Of a DNA stretch of 32,000 bases, positions 16,673-24,520 are shown one piece after another; within the stretch, counting starts at the first letter, position 1, and the number at the start of each line of letters is the position of its first letter. This DNA is from Tannockella kyphosi. GTDB lineage: Bacteria > Bacillota_I > Bacilli_A > Erysipelotrichales > Coprobacillaceae. The translations under genes and the position numbers were made by a program. The stretch is taken from NCBI RefSeq assembly GCF_021054785.1, contig NZ_CP088239.1:540001-572000 (forward strand), written 5' to 3'. Under the pieces are notes generated by a model. The model was not told the origin of the DNA. It searched no databases and saw nothing but the letters and a program-made list of their open reading frames with translations.

Positions 16673-18580
16673 GTGTTTGAGATAACAAAAAGAAAGTTGA
16701 ATAAAGTATTATGTGGAGCTATTATTATTGCAGTTTTCATTGTTATTAAATGTGTTTATGTTCAAATTATTGATTTTCAATTTATATATGATAATGCTTT
16801 GGAGTTATGGCAACGTTCTTTTCCAGTAGAGGCAAATCGTGGGGAGATTATAGATATAGATGGAGAAGTTTTAGCAACAAGCTTAACTACTACATCATTA
16901 GTAGTTATTCCAAGTCAAATTCAAGATATTGCTTATACTGCTGATAAGTTAAGTACTATTTTAGGAGTAGATGTTGAAGTATTGGTTGAAAAACTATCGA
17001 AGAATGTATCGATTGAAAGAATTTCTCCTGAGGGAAGGCAGTTAGAGGATGATGTTGCGATGCAAATTGATAGACTTAAATTAGCAGGCGTTTATTTAAT
17101 TAAAGACTCTTTACGTTATTATCCAAACAGTAATTATTTAAGTCATTGTTTGGGTTTTGTAGGGATAGATAATCAAGGATTGTTGGGCTTAGAAGTAGAA
17201 TATGATGAATATTTAACGGGAACGAATGGTTCTATAGATTACTATATGGATGCGAAAGGGAATAATTTAGATATGTATGCTAGTGATTATATTGCCCCAC
17301 AAGAGGGTTATACATTACAATTAACAATTGATAGTGATATACAAGATGTTGTGGAAAGAGAGTTAAATAATGCTTATGATACATATAATCCTGATAGTAT
17401 ATGGGCGATTGCAATGGATCCTCAGACTGGAGAAATACTAGCAATGTCATCAAAACCAGATTTTGATCCAAATGATTATCAAAATAGTAGTGAAGAAATA
17501 TATAACCAAAACACACCTATTTTTCGTACGTATGAGCCCGGATCTACTTTTAAGATATTAACTTTTGGGGCTGCATTAAATGAAGGTTTATTTGATATGG
17601 ATGAAGATACTTATTATGATATAGGGTATGAATATGTAGGTGGGACTAAAATTAGTTCTTGGAAAGAAGGGGGACATGGTCTACAAACCTATCGAGAAGT
17701 TTTGCAAAATTCTTCGAATCCGGGTTTTGTGCATATTGGTCAAATGCTTGGGAAAGATAATTTATATAATTATATTGTTGATTTTGGTTTAACAACAAAA
17801 ACGGGAATTGACTTACCAGGAGAATCAACGGGTATTATGTTTGATTATGATAATTTTAATGAGTTGGAACAGGCTACTGTTGCTTTTGGACAAGGGATAT
17901 CTATTACAGCTATTCAATTAGTAACAGCAGTCAGTGCAGCTATTAATGGTGGGACTTTATATACACCTTATATTGTGAATGCTATTATTGATCCTACTAC
18001 AAACGAAACACTTTTCCAAAATAGTCCTACGATTGTAACAGAAAATATTGTTTCAAAAGAGACATCGGAGTTATTGTTAGATGCTTTAGAAACAGTGGTT
18101 AGTGATGGAGGAGGTAAGAATGCTTATATTGATGGTTATCGGATAGGTGGTAAAACAGGAACAGCTCAAAAGGTAGAAGATGGTCAATATATGGAGGGGG
18201 AATATATTTTATCTTTTATTGGTATTGCACCTGTTGATGATCCACAAATTGTATTATATATTGCGATGGATAACCCTAAAAACTGTATTCAATATGGGGG
18301 TACTACAGTTGCCCCGATTGCTAGAAATATGTTTTTAGATATTTTGCCTATCTTAGAAATAGAACAAGTAGAAGAACAAATTCCTAAAGTAAGTGTATAT
18401 GGGGACACTGAAATGGTTGAAGTACCTCAATATATTGGTTTAGATAAAAGTGAAGTTACGAATACACAATTAACTTTTGAGTTTATTGGTACAGGTGATA
18501 CTGTTATTGATCAGTTACCAAGATATGGGAGTAGTGTGGAGGTTGGATCAACGGTGGTTATTATGTTGGGTGATGTTTAA
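16673..18580 (+). CDS. spoVD: Class B penicillin-binding protein, SpoVD-like (one C-terminal PASTA domain)
   Basis: GSTFK, SSN and KTGTA motifs with a single PASTA at the C-terminus. Its position after pbpB matches B. subtilis spoVD. GTG start after SD AAGGGGTGA. The spoVD assignment, rather than a vegetative paralogue, is an inference. Confidence 0.8.
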   Translation: MFEITKRKLNKVLCGAIIIAVFIVIKCVYVQIIDFQFIYDNALELWQRSFPVEANRGEIIDIDGEVLATSLTTTSLVVIPSQIQDIAYTADKLSTILGVDVEVLVEKLSKNVSIERISPEGRQLEDDVAMQIDRLKLAGVYLIKDSLRYYPNSNYLSHCLGFVGIDNQGLLGLEVEYDEYLTGTNGSIDYYMDAKGNNLDMYASDYIAPQEGYTLQLTIDSDIQDVVERELNNAYDTYNPDSIWAIAMDPQTGEILAMSSKPDFDPNDYQNSSEEIYNQNTPIFRTYEPGSTFKILTFGAALNEGLFDMDEDTYYDIGYEYVGGTKISSWKEGGHGLQTYREVLQNSSNPGFVHIGQMLGKDNLYNYIVDFGLTTKTGIDLPGESTGIMFDYDNFNELEQATVAFGQGISITAIQLVTAVSAAINGGTLYTPYIVNAIIDPTTNETLFQNSPTIVTENIVSKETSELLLDALETVVSDGGGKNAYIDGYRIGGKTGTAQKVEDGQYMEGEYILSFIGIAPVDDPQIVLYIAMDNPKNCIQYGGTTVAPIARNMFLDILPILEIEQVEEQIPKVSVYGDTEMVEVPQYIGLDKSEVTNTQLTFEFIGTGDTVIDQLPRYGSSVEVGSTVVIMLGDV

Positions 18581-18601
18581 AAAACTTCTATGCCAGCTTA
18601 T

Positions 18602-18630
18602 TTGACAATATTTAATATTTATTATATGAT
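18602..18630 (+). promoter_or_regulatory. Sigma-A type promoter for the CNNM/CorC gene
   Basis: TTGACA (18602-18607), 17 nt spacer, TATGAT (18625-18630). Confidence 0.55.
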
Positions 18631-18666
18631 TGAGTCAAATTATATTAAAGGAGATTTGTAGAGAAA

Positions 18667-19947
18667 GTGGACCCGAGCGAGACCCAAGTTTTAAATATTG
18701 TTTTATTTGTTATTTTATTAATTTTTTCAGGAGTTTTTTCATGCACGGAAACAGCGTTATTATCTGTTAATAAAATTCGTATCCGTACATTAGCACAAGA
18801 GGGAAATAAGAAAGCGAAATTAGTTGAAAAGTTGTTATCAAATAGTGATCGTTTATTTAGTTCTATTTTAGTGGGAAATAACTTAGTGAATATTGGAGCA
18901 TCTTCCTTAACAACGGCTGTAGTTATTGGGATGTTTGGTGATTCAGCACAAATGGTTGCTTATGCAACAGGTTTTGTAACGTTATGTATTTTAATATTTG
19001 GTGAGATTACACCAAAAACATTTGCTACAAGACATGCTGATACGATTGCTTTATCAATATCTGGATTTATTAATTTTGTATATATTATATTTACACCAAT
19101 TGTTATTGTCTTAAATATTGTAACAGGTTTTATCATTCGCCTGATGGGGGCAGATAACGATAATGGACCAACGATGACAGAAGAAGAATTAAAAACCATT
19201 GTTACTGTTGGCCATGAAGAAGGTGTATTAGAAGAACAAGAAAAAGAAATGCTTCATAATGTGTTCGAATTTGGGGATACGGAAATTAAAGAAATTATGA
19301 CTCCTAGAGTTCATGTTGAAAGTATTGGTGATGATTGTACTTATGGTGAACTTAAGGAAATATATAAAAGTGGACAATATTCAAGATATCCTGTTCACAG
19401 TGAATCATTTGATGAAATTGTAGGGGTTTTAAATATTAAAGACTTATTGTTCTTTGATGGTTCAAAAGAGGAATTCTCTGTAAAAGATCATTTACGTGAA
19501 CCATTTGTTGTTTATGAGTTTAATCAAATATCTGATGTATTTGCTTCTATGCGTAAGGAGCATGCAACATTGGCTGTTGTTTTGGATGAATATGGAGTAA
19601 TGGCAGGTATTGTGACTTTTGAAGATATCGTAGAAGAAATTGTTGGTGAAATTGACGATGAGTACGATGATGAAAAAGAGGAAACTATTACGCAAGTAAG
19701 TGAAAATGAGTATTTAGTAGTTGGTACACTAAGTTTGAATGATGTTAATGATGAAATTGATACTAATTTTGAATCAGAAGATTTTGAATCGATTGGTGGA
19801 TTAGTTTTAGGTCAGTTTAGTGGAGTACCAGAAGTAGATGATCAAATCATTTTAGATGAAGCTATTTTCAAAATAGTAGAAATGCATAAAAATAGAATTG
19901 AGAAGCTACTAGTAACGTTAGTGAAAAAGGAAGAAGACGAAGAGTAA
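18667..19947 (+). CDS. CNNM/CorC-family membrane protein (DUF21, CBS pair, CorC_HlyC; 'hemolysin-like' putative divalent-cation transporter)
   Basis: N-terminal DUF21 region (FSCTETALLS..., LVGNNLVNI, GEITPKT), a CBS pair (IMTPRV..., VLNIKDLL) and a C-terminal transporter-associated domain. GTG is the only in-frame start. Confidence 0.85.
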   Translation: MDPSETQVLNIVLFVILLIFSGVFSCTETALLSVNKIRIRTLAQEGNKKAKLVEKLLSNSDRLFSSILVGNNLVNIGASSLTTAVVIGMFGDSAQMVAYATGFVTLCILIFGEITPKTFATRHADTIALSISGFINFVYIIFTPIVIVLNIVTGFIIRLMGADNDNGPTMTEEELKTIVTVGHEEGVLEEQEKEMLHNVFEFGDTEIKEIMTPRVHVESIGDDCTYGELKEIYKSGQYSRYPVHSESFDEIVGVLNIKDLLFFDGSKEEFSVKDHLREPFVVYEFNQISDVFASMRKEHATLAVVLDEYGVMAGIVTFEDIVEEIVGEIDDEYDDEKEETITQVSENEYLVVGTLSLNDVNDEIDTNFESEDFESIGGLVLGQFSGVPEVDDQIILDEAIFKIVEMHKNRIEKLLVTLVKKEEDEE

Positions 19948-19975
19948 AAGTCATCTTTAAAGATGACTTTTCTTA
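19947..19975 (+). terminator. Rho-independent terminator
   Basis: Palindrome AAAGTCATCTTT/AAAGATGACTTT followed by a T-rich tail. Confidence 0.7.
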
Positions 19976-19994
19976 TTCAAGGAAGGATTGTAGG

Positions 19995-21305
19995 ATGAAA
20001 GTAGAAAATTTAGAAATTAAAAAAATTGGTATTAATGGAGAAGGGATAACTTATATAGATAGAAAGATAACCTTTGTTCCAGGTGCCTTGCCAGGAGAAA
20101 TAGTGGATGTTGATATTGTTAAACAAACACGATCATTTTATGAAGCAAAAGTAATTAATATTAAAGAGTATAGTGAGAATCGTATTAAAGTATCATGTTC
20201 ATTAAATAAAGATTGTTTAGGGTGTTCTTTGTTACATATGAAATACCCATTACAAACACAATATAAAAAAGAATCAGTAAGAGAATCTATTCGTAAATAT
20301 ACGAATTATGATTTATCTAAAACTGTATTTAAAGATGTAATTCCACCAAAAAACAAACAAGGATTTATTCAAGAAGTAAATCTTCCAATTGTTCGTTCAA
20401 AAGGAACAATTACTTTTGGTATCTATCAAAGAGAAAGTAAATATTTAACAGTATTAACAAACTGTTTTAAACAAAATGAAGCAATTAATGCTTGCTTAAA
20501 ACAATTAGAAAAAATTCTAACTGAAAATAATTGTAAAACATATAGTGATAAATTTAAAACAGGTCTAAGATTTTTAAAAGTAAAAATAATTGAAAATAAA
20601 ATACAATTAGTATTTATTACTGGTAAAGATGGTTTAGATAATGATGTTATTCAATTAATTAGTAACATAGAAGGAGTAGAAGGAATATTTGTTAGTGTTA
20701 ATACTACAAAACATCAAGAATTTGATGAAGTAGGATATTCTAAAGCAGGTGGTAGTACTCGTTTGGAATTAGATGTTGATGGAAAGAAAATTAAAACATC
20801 AATTAAATCATCGATTGGTGAAAATTATGAGATGGAAATAAAAAAAGCAAAAGAAATTGTAAAACTATTAGAAGATAGTAAACAAGTATTGTCATTGAAT
20901 TGTGGAATTGGATTAGTAGAAGTATTAAGTAATAAACCTTTTATATCAGTAGATGAAAAGAATTATCATATTGAAGATGCTAAATTAAATGCAAAATATT
21001 TAAATCGTGATAATGTGAAGTTTGTAAAAGGGGATAGTGACGATAAGATTGTTTTATATGCTAAAAAAAGAGAGTGTGATACTTTCTTGATTCAAAATGG
21101 CCGTTTTGGATTAACTGATATTATGAAACAAAGTATATTCTTATCAAAAGTAAAAAATGTTGTTATTAGTTGTGAATCTCATTCCACTCTTGCTAAAGAT
21201 TTAGCAGAGTTAGAAAAAAGCTATTATTTAGAAAAAATAGTAGCATTAGATACCCATCTATATACACCATATGTTACAACAATTGTAAAACTAGTTAGAA
21301 AGTAG
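19995..21305 (+). CDS. RumA/RlmCD-like (TRAM plus Fe-S plus class-I methyltransferase fold) protein with divergent catalytic motifs
   Basis: N-terminal TRAM-like beta-barrel (GINGEGITY...VPGALPGEIVDVDIV), Cys68-x5-Cys74-x2-Cys77 plus Cys157 spaced as in RumA, and C-terminal LNCGIG and ISCESHSTLAKD. See the finding on motif changes. Confidence 0.7.
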   Translation: MKVENLEIKKIGINGEGITYIDRKITFVPGALPGEIVDVDIVKQTRSFYEAKVINIKEYSENRIKVSCSLNKDCLGCSLLHMKYPLQTQYKKESVRESIRKYTNYDLSKTVFKDVIPPKNKQGFIQEVNLPIVRSKGTITFGIYQRESKYLTVLTNCFKQNEAINACLKQLEKILTENNCKTYSDKFKTGLRFLKVKIIENKIQLVFITGKDGLDNDVIQLISNIEGVEGIFVSVNTTKHQEFDEVGYSKAGGSTRLELDVDGKKIKTSIKSSIGENYEMEIKKAKEIVKLLEDSKQVLSLNCGIGLVEVLSNKPFISVDEKNYHIEDAKLNAKYLNRDNVKFVKGDSDDKIVLYAKKRECDTFLIQNGRFGLTDIMKQSIFLSKVKNVVISCESHSTLAKDLAELEKSYYLEKIVALDTHLYTPYVTTIVKLVRK

Positions 21306-21314
21306 GGAAAGAAA

Positions 21315-21557
21315 ATGGAAATCAGCTATAAACCAAAAGGAGTATGTGCAAGTGCAATGCATATTCAAGTAGAAGAAGGAAAAATCATTGAAGCTAAAAT
21401 TATTGGTGGATGTCCTGGAAATGGACTGGGAGTATGTTCTTTAATTAAAGGTTTGGATGTAACAGATGCAATCGCTCGTATGGAAGGGATTCGTTGTGGA
21501 GCAAAACCAACAAGTTGCCCTGATCAATTAGCACAAGCATTAAAACAAACTTTGTAG
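21315..21557 (+). CDS. TSCPD-domain small protein (TIGR03905-like)
   Basis: 80 aa with GGCPGN and the eponymous KPTSCPDQLA motif. It starts 9 nt after the preceding gene. Confidence 0.8.
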   Translation: MEISYKPKGVCASAMHIQVEEGKIIEAKIIGGCPGNGLGVCSLIKGLDVTDAIARMEGIRCGAKPTSCPDQLAQALKQTL

Positions 21558-21578
21558 TTATTAAAAATCTTGTTTGAC

Positions 21579-21602
21579 ACGTCACTGATGGTGGCGTTTT
21601 TT
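21579..21602 (+). terminator. Rho-independent terminator
   Basis: ACGTCAC / TGATG / GTGGCGT (one G-U pair) followed by TTTTTT. Confidence 0.65.
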
Positions 21603-21739
21603 GTTTACTTCTGTTTTTTAGCAGTTTTTCTTTTTTTTGATTAGTGAATAGGTTACAATTGAATAGACAATATATTGAAAATGTATCAAAATAAATAGAT
21701 AATAAAACGTATTTAAGATACGGGAAAGCAGGGGATTTT

Positions 21740-22873
21740 ATGATATTTTATAAAAATGTATATCTTCATCAAGGTGATGAATTTATTTTAAAAGATTTTG
21801 CTATTGAAGATGGTTGTTTTTTGTTTTCAAATATAGAGGATGATTGTGAAGTTATTGATATGAATTATCAAAAAATCATACCTGGTCTTATTGATATTCA
21901 TAGTCATGGAGCAAAAGGTGTGGACTTTAACAATATTGATAAAAAGGCAGTAGAAGAAGTATGTTCTTACTTTTATAGCCAAGGAGTAGTAGGTGTATAT
22001 CCAACATTGTTAACAGATGATAAAGATGTGATCATAAAATCTATCCAAACATTAGTAGAAAGTAAGGAAAGTGGTGCTGATAGTATTTTGGGTATTCATA
22101 TAGAAGGGCCATTTATTTGTGAGGAGTTTAAAGCATGTATGCCGTCTTGTTATCTAAGGTTACCAGATAAAGCATTGTTTGATGAATTTTACGATGCTTC
22201 GAAAGGATTATTTCAAATTATGACAATGTCAGCTGAATTAGAAGGGGCTAGTGATTTAGTAAAACATGCTGTTAAAAAAGGAGTTGTTATTTCTTTAGGA
22301 CATAGTGGTGCAAATGGGCAACAAGCACAATCTTTTATAGATGCAGGAGCTAGTAATGCGACTCATTTAGGAAATGCTATGAAACAACCTACACAACATG
22401 ATTTATTTGTTTGTGGAACTGTTTTAAATAGTGATATTTATTCTGAAATCATATGTGATGGAGCTCATATAAATAAAACAGTTGTCCAATATTGGTTTAA
22501 AGTAAGACCTCATAATAAAATGATATTAGTTACTGATTCTATTATGGCAACAGGTCTAAGTGATGGTGAATATCGTTTAGGAATCAATGAGGTTATTGTA
22601 GAAAATAAACATGCTTGGTTAAAACATGCAAGAAAAACAAGAGCGGGTAGTACATTAACAGCTATTGAAGCTGTAAGAAATCTGTCTCAATTTCTTGGTT
22701 TACCATTTGTTCAGTGTGTGAAATTTATGAGTGAAAACCCAGCTAAAGCACTTTCTATTTTTGATCGAGTAGGATCTATTGAAGAAGGAAAAGAAGCTAG
22801 TTTTGTTGTGTTAGATGATCAATATGAAGTTCTTGAAACATATCTTAAAGGAAATTGTGTTTATAAAAAATAA
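21740..22873 (+). CDS. nagA: N-acetylglucosamine-6-phosphate deacetylase
   Basis: PGLIDIHSHG metal site, IHIEGPF, SLGHS, THLGNAM and LVTDS motifs; 377 aa. Confidence 0.88.
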   Translation: MIFYKNVYLHQGDEFILKDFAIEDGCFLFSNIEDDCEVIDMNYQKIIPGLIDIHSHGAKGVDFNNIDKKAVEEVCSYFYSQGVVGVYPTLLTDDKDVIIKSIQTLVESKESGADSILGIHIEGPFICEEFKACMPSCYLRLPDKALFDEFYDASKGLFQIMTMSAELEGASDLVKHAVKKGVVISLGHSGANGQQAQSFIDAGASNATHLGNAMKQPTQHDLFVCGTVLNSDIYSEIICDGAHINKTVVQYWFKVRPHNKMILVTDSIMATGLSDGEYRLGINEVIVENKHAWLKHARKTRAGSTLTAIEAVRNLSQFLGLPFVQCVKFMSENPAKALSIFDRVGSIEEGKEASFVVLDDQYEVLETYLKGNCVYKK

Positions 22874-22958
22874 ATCATATTATAGGATGTATATACTTTT
22901 TAAGAAAATTTATTTATTAAAAAATAATTGATATTATCAACGTTTATAAGAATATCAT

Positions 22959-22986
22959 GAGGAGTTTATAAACTCCTCTTTTTTTT
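22959..22986 (+). terminator. Rho-independent terminator after nagA
   Basis: GAGGAGTTT / AT / AAACTCCTC followed by eight T. Confidence 0.85.
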
Positions 22987-23039
22987 ATAGGAAGGCTTTG
23001 TTATAATAGAGAAAAGCCTCTTAAATTTTGTCCAGTTTA

Positions 23040-23085
23040 ACAAGTGACAAAGTTCAAATTCAAAAGATAGGAATTTGTCACTTGT
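23040..23085 (+). promoter_or_regulatory. Perfect 12-bp inverted repeat upstream of mtlA, candidate MtlR operator
   Basis: ACAAGTGACAAA (23040-23051) and TTTGTCACTTGT (23074-23085) are exact reverse complements separated by 22 nt. A TATACT -10-like hexamer lies at 23091-23096 without a good -35, as expected for an activator-dependent promoter. Confidence 0.5.
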
Positions 23086-23130
23086 ACTTGTATACTGTAG
23101 TTGTAAAGATAAGTATAAGAAAGGACAAAA

Positions 23131-24507
23131 ATGAAAATGAAAGAAAAAGTACAAAAAATCGGACGCGTATTAAGTGCAATGGTAATGCCTAATATCGCAG
23201 TATTTATCGCATGGGGGTTAGTAACATCAGTATTTATTGAAAATGGTTGGTTTCCAAATGCAACCTTAGCTGAGTTAGTAGATCCAATGAATCAATATTT
23301 ATTACCAATCTTAATTGCTTACACAGGTGGTTATAATGTTTATGGTCAACGTGGAGCAACTGTAGGTTCTATTATGACAATTGGGGTATTGGTAGGAGCA
23401 CCAATTCCAATGTTTATAGGAGCAATGATTTGTGGGCCTTTAGGGGCATTCTTAATTAAAAAATTAGATGAAGTATTACAAGGACATATCAAAGAAGGAT
23501 TTGAAATGTTGGTTAATAACTTCTCAGCTGGTATCTTAGGGTTTATCCTTGCTGTTATTGGTTGTTTAGCTATTAATCCTGCTTGTTTAGCTTTAAATGA
23601 TGTATTAACTATCGGAGTTAATTTCTTAGTGGATAGAGGATTATTACCATTACTTTCAGTAATTGTAGAACCAGCAAAAGTATTATTCTTAAATAATGCT
23701 ATTAACCACGGAATTTTCTCACCAATTGGAATCCAAGAAGTATTATCTCAAGGATCTTCTATTTTCTATTTAATTGAATCAAATCCTGGTCCAGGTTTAG
23801 GAATTTTACTTGCATATTGTTTCTTTGGAAAAGGCGCTGCAAAATCTTCTGCATCAGGAGCAGCAATTATTCATTTCTTTGGGGGAATACATGAAATTTA
23901 CTTCCCATATATTTTAATGAATCCATTATTAATTATTGCAGCAATAGCTGGGGGAGCAACTGGAGTCTTTGTCAATGTATTATTTGGTTCAGGTTTAGTA
24001 TCTGCAGCATCACCAGGAAGTATTATTGCAATCTTAACAATGTGTGCACCGGATAGTTATTTTGGAGTATGTGTCAGTATCGCGGCAGCAACGGTTGTAG
24101 CATTTGTAGTGGCAGCATTTATTCTTAAATTCACTAACTCAAAAGAAGACTTAGATGAAGCACAAGCAGAAAGTAAACAATTAAAAACTGCTACACCAAC
24201 TCAAGAAGCAGTAGCGGTGAAAAAAGACTTATCAACATTACGTAAAATCGTATTTGCTTGTGATGCCGGAATGGGTTCTAGTGCAATGGGAGCAACTATC
24301 CTAACTAAAAAATTAAAAGCAGCAGGAATTGATGTAACGGTTCCTCATTATGCAATTAATGATATTCCTAGTGATACAGAAGTAGTTGTTACACATCAAT
24401 CATTAGTAGGACGTGTAGAAGATAATCTACCAAATGTTGTTATCTTCCCAATTACTAACTTTATGGGTGGTACAGAATACGATGACATTATTGAAAAATT
24501 AAAATAA
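23131..24507 (+). CDS. mtlA: PTS mannitol-family transporter, EIICB component
   Basis: Near-colinear by eye with B. subtilis MtlA (VMPNIAVFIAWG, PAKVLFLNNAINHGIFSPIG, IHFFGGIHEIYFPYILMNP). The C-terminal EIIB carries the active-site Cys in IVFACDAGMGSSAMGA. Confidence 0.92.
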   Translation: MKMKEKVQKIGRVLSAMVMPNIAVFIAWGLVTSVFIENGWFPNATLAELVDPMNQYLLPILIAYTGGYNVYGQRGATVGSIMTIGVLVGAPIPMFIGAMICGPLGAFLIKKLDEVLQGHIKEGFEMLVNNFSAGILGFILAVIGCLAINPACLALNDVLTIGVNFLVDRGLLPLLSVIVEPAKVLFLNNAINHGIFSPIGIQEVLSQGSSIFYLIESNPGPGLGILLAYCFFGKGAAKSSASGAAIIHFFGGIHEIYFPYILMNPLLIIAAIAGGATGVFVNVLFGSGLVSAASPGSIIAILTMCAPDSYFGVCVSIAAATVVAFVVAAFILKFTNSKEDLDEAQAESKQLKTATPTQEAVAVKKDLSTLRKIVFACDAGMGSSAMGATILTKKLKAAGIDVTVPHYAINDIPSDTEVVVTHQSLVGRVEDNLPNVVIFPITNFMGGTEYDDIIEKLK

Positions 24508-24520
24508 GGGAGACAAAAGT

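Noticed and set aside
22928-22940. Palindrome TTGATA-T-TATCAA downstream of nagA
   Set aside because: It is a short AT-rich palindrome between a stop codon and its terminator, with no downstream promoter context. It is likely chance.
22993-23019. Hairpin AGGCTTT / AAAGCCT whose loop contains TGTTATAAT
   Set aside because: It could be an alternative mtlA promoter or a secondary terminator stem, but the stem is only 7 bp and nothing distinguishes the options. It is mentioned only as an alternative under the operator finding.
22966-23154. 62-aa minus-strand ORF across the nagA-mtlA intergenic region
   Set aside because: It spans a terminator, the inverted repeat and the mtlA start on the opposite strand, and it has no SD. 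The region is better explained as regulatory DNA.
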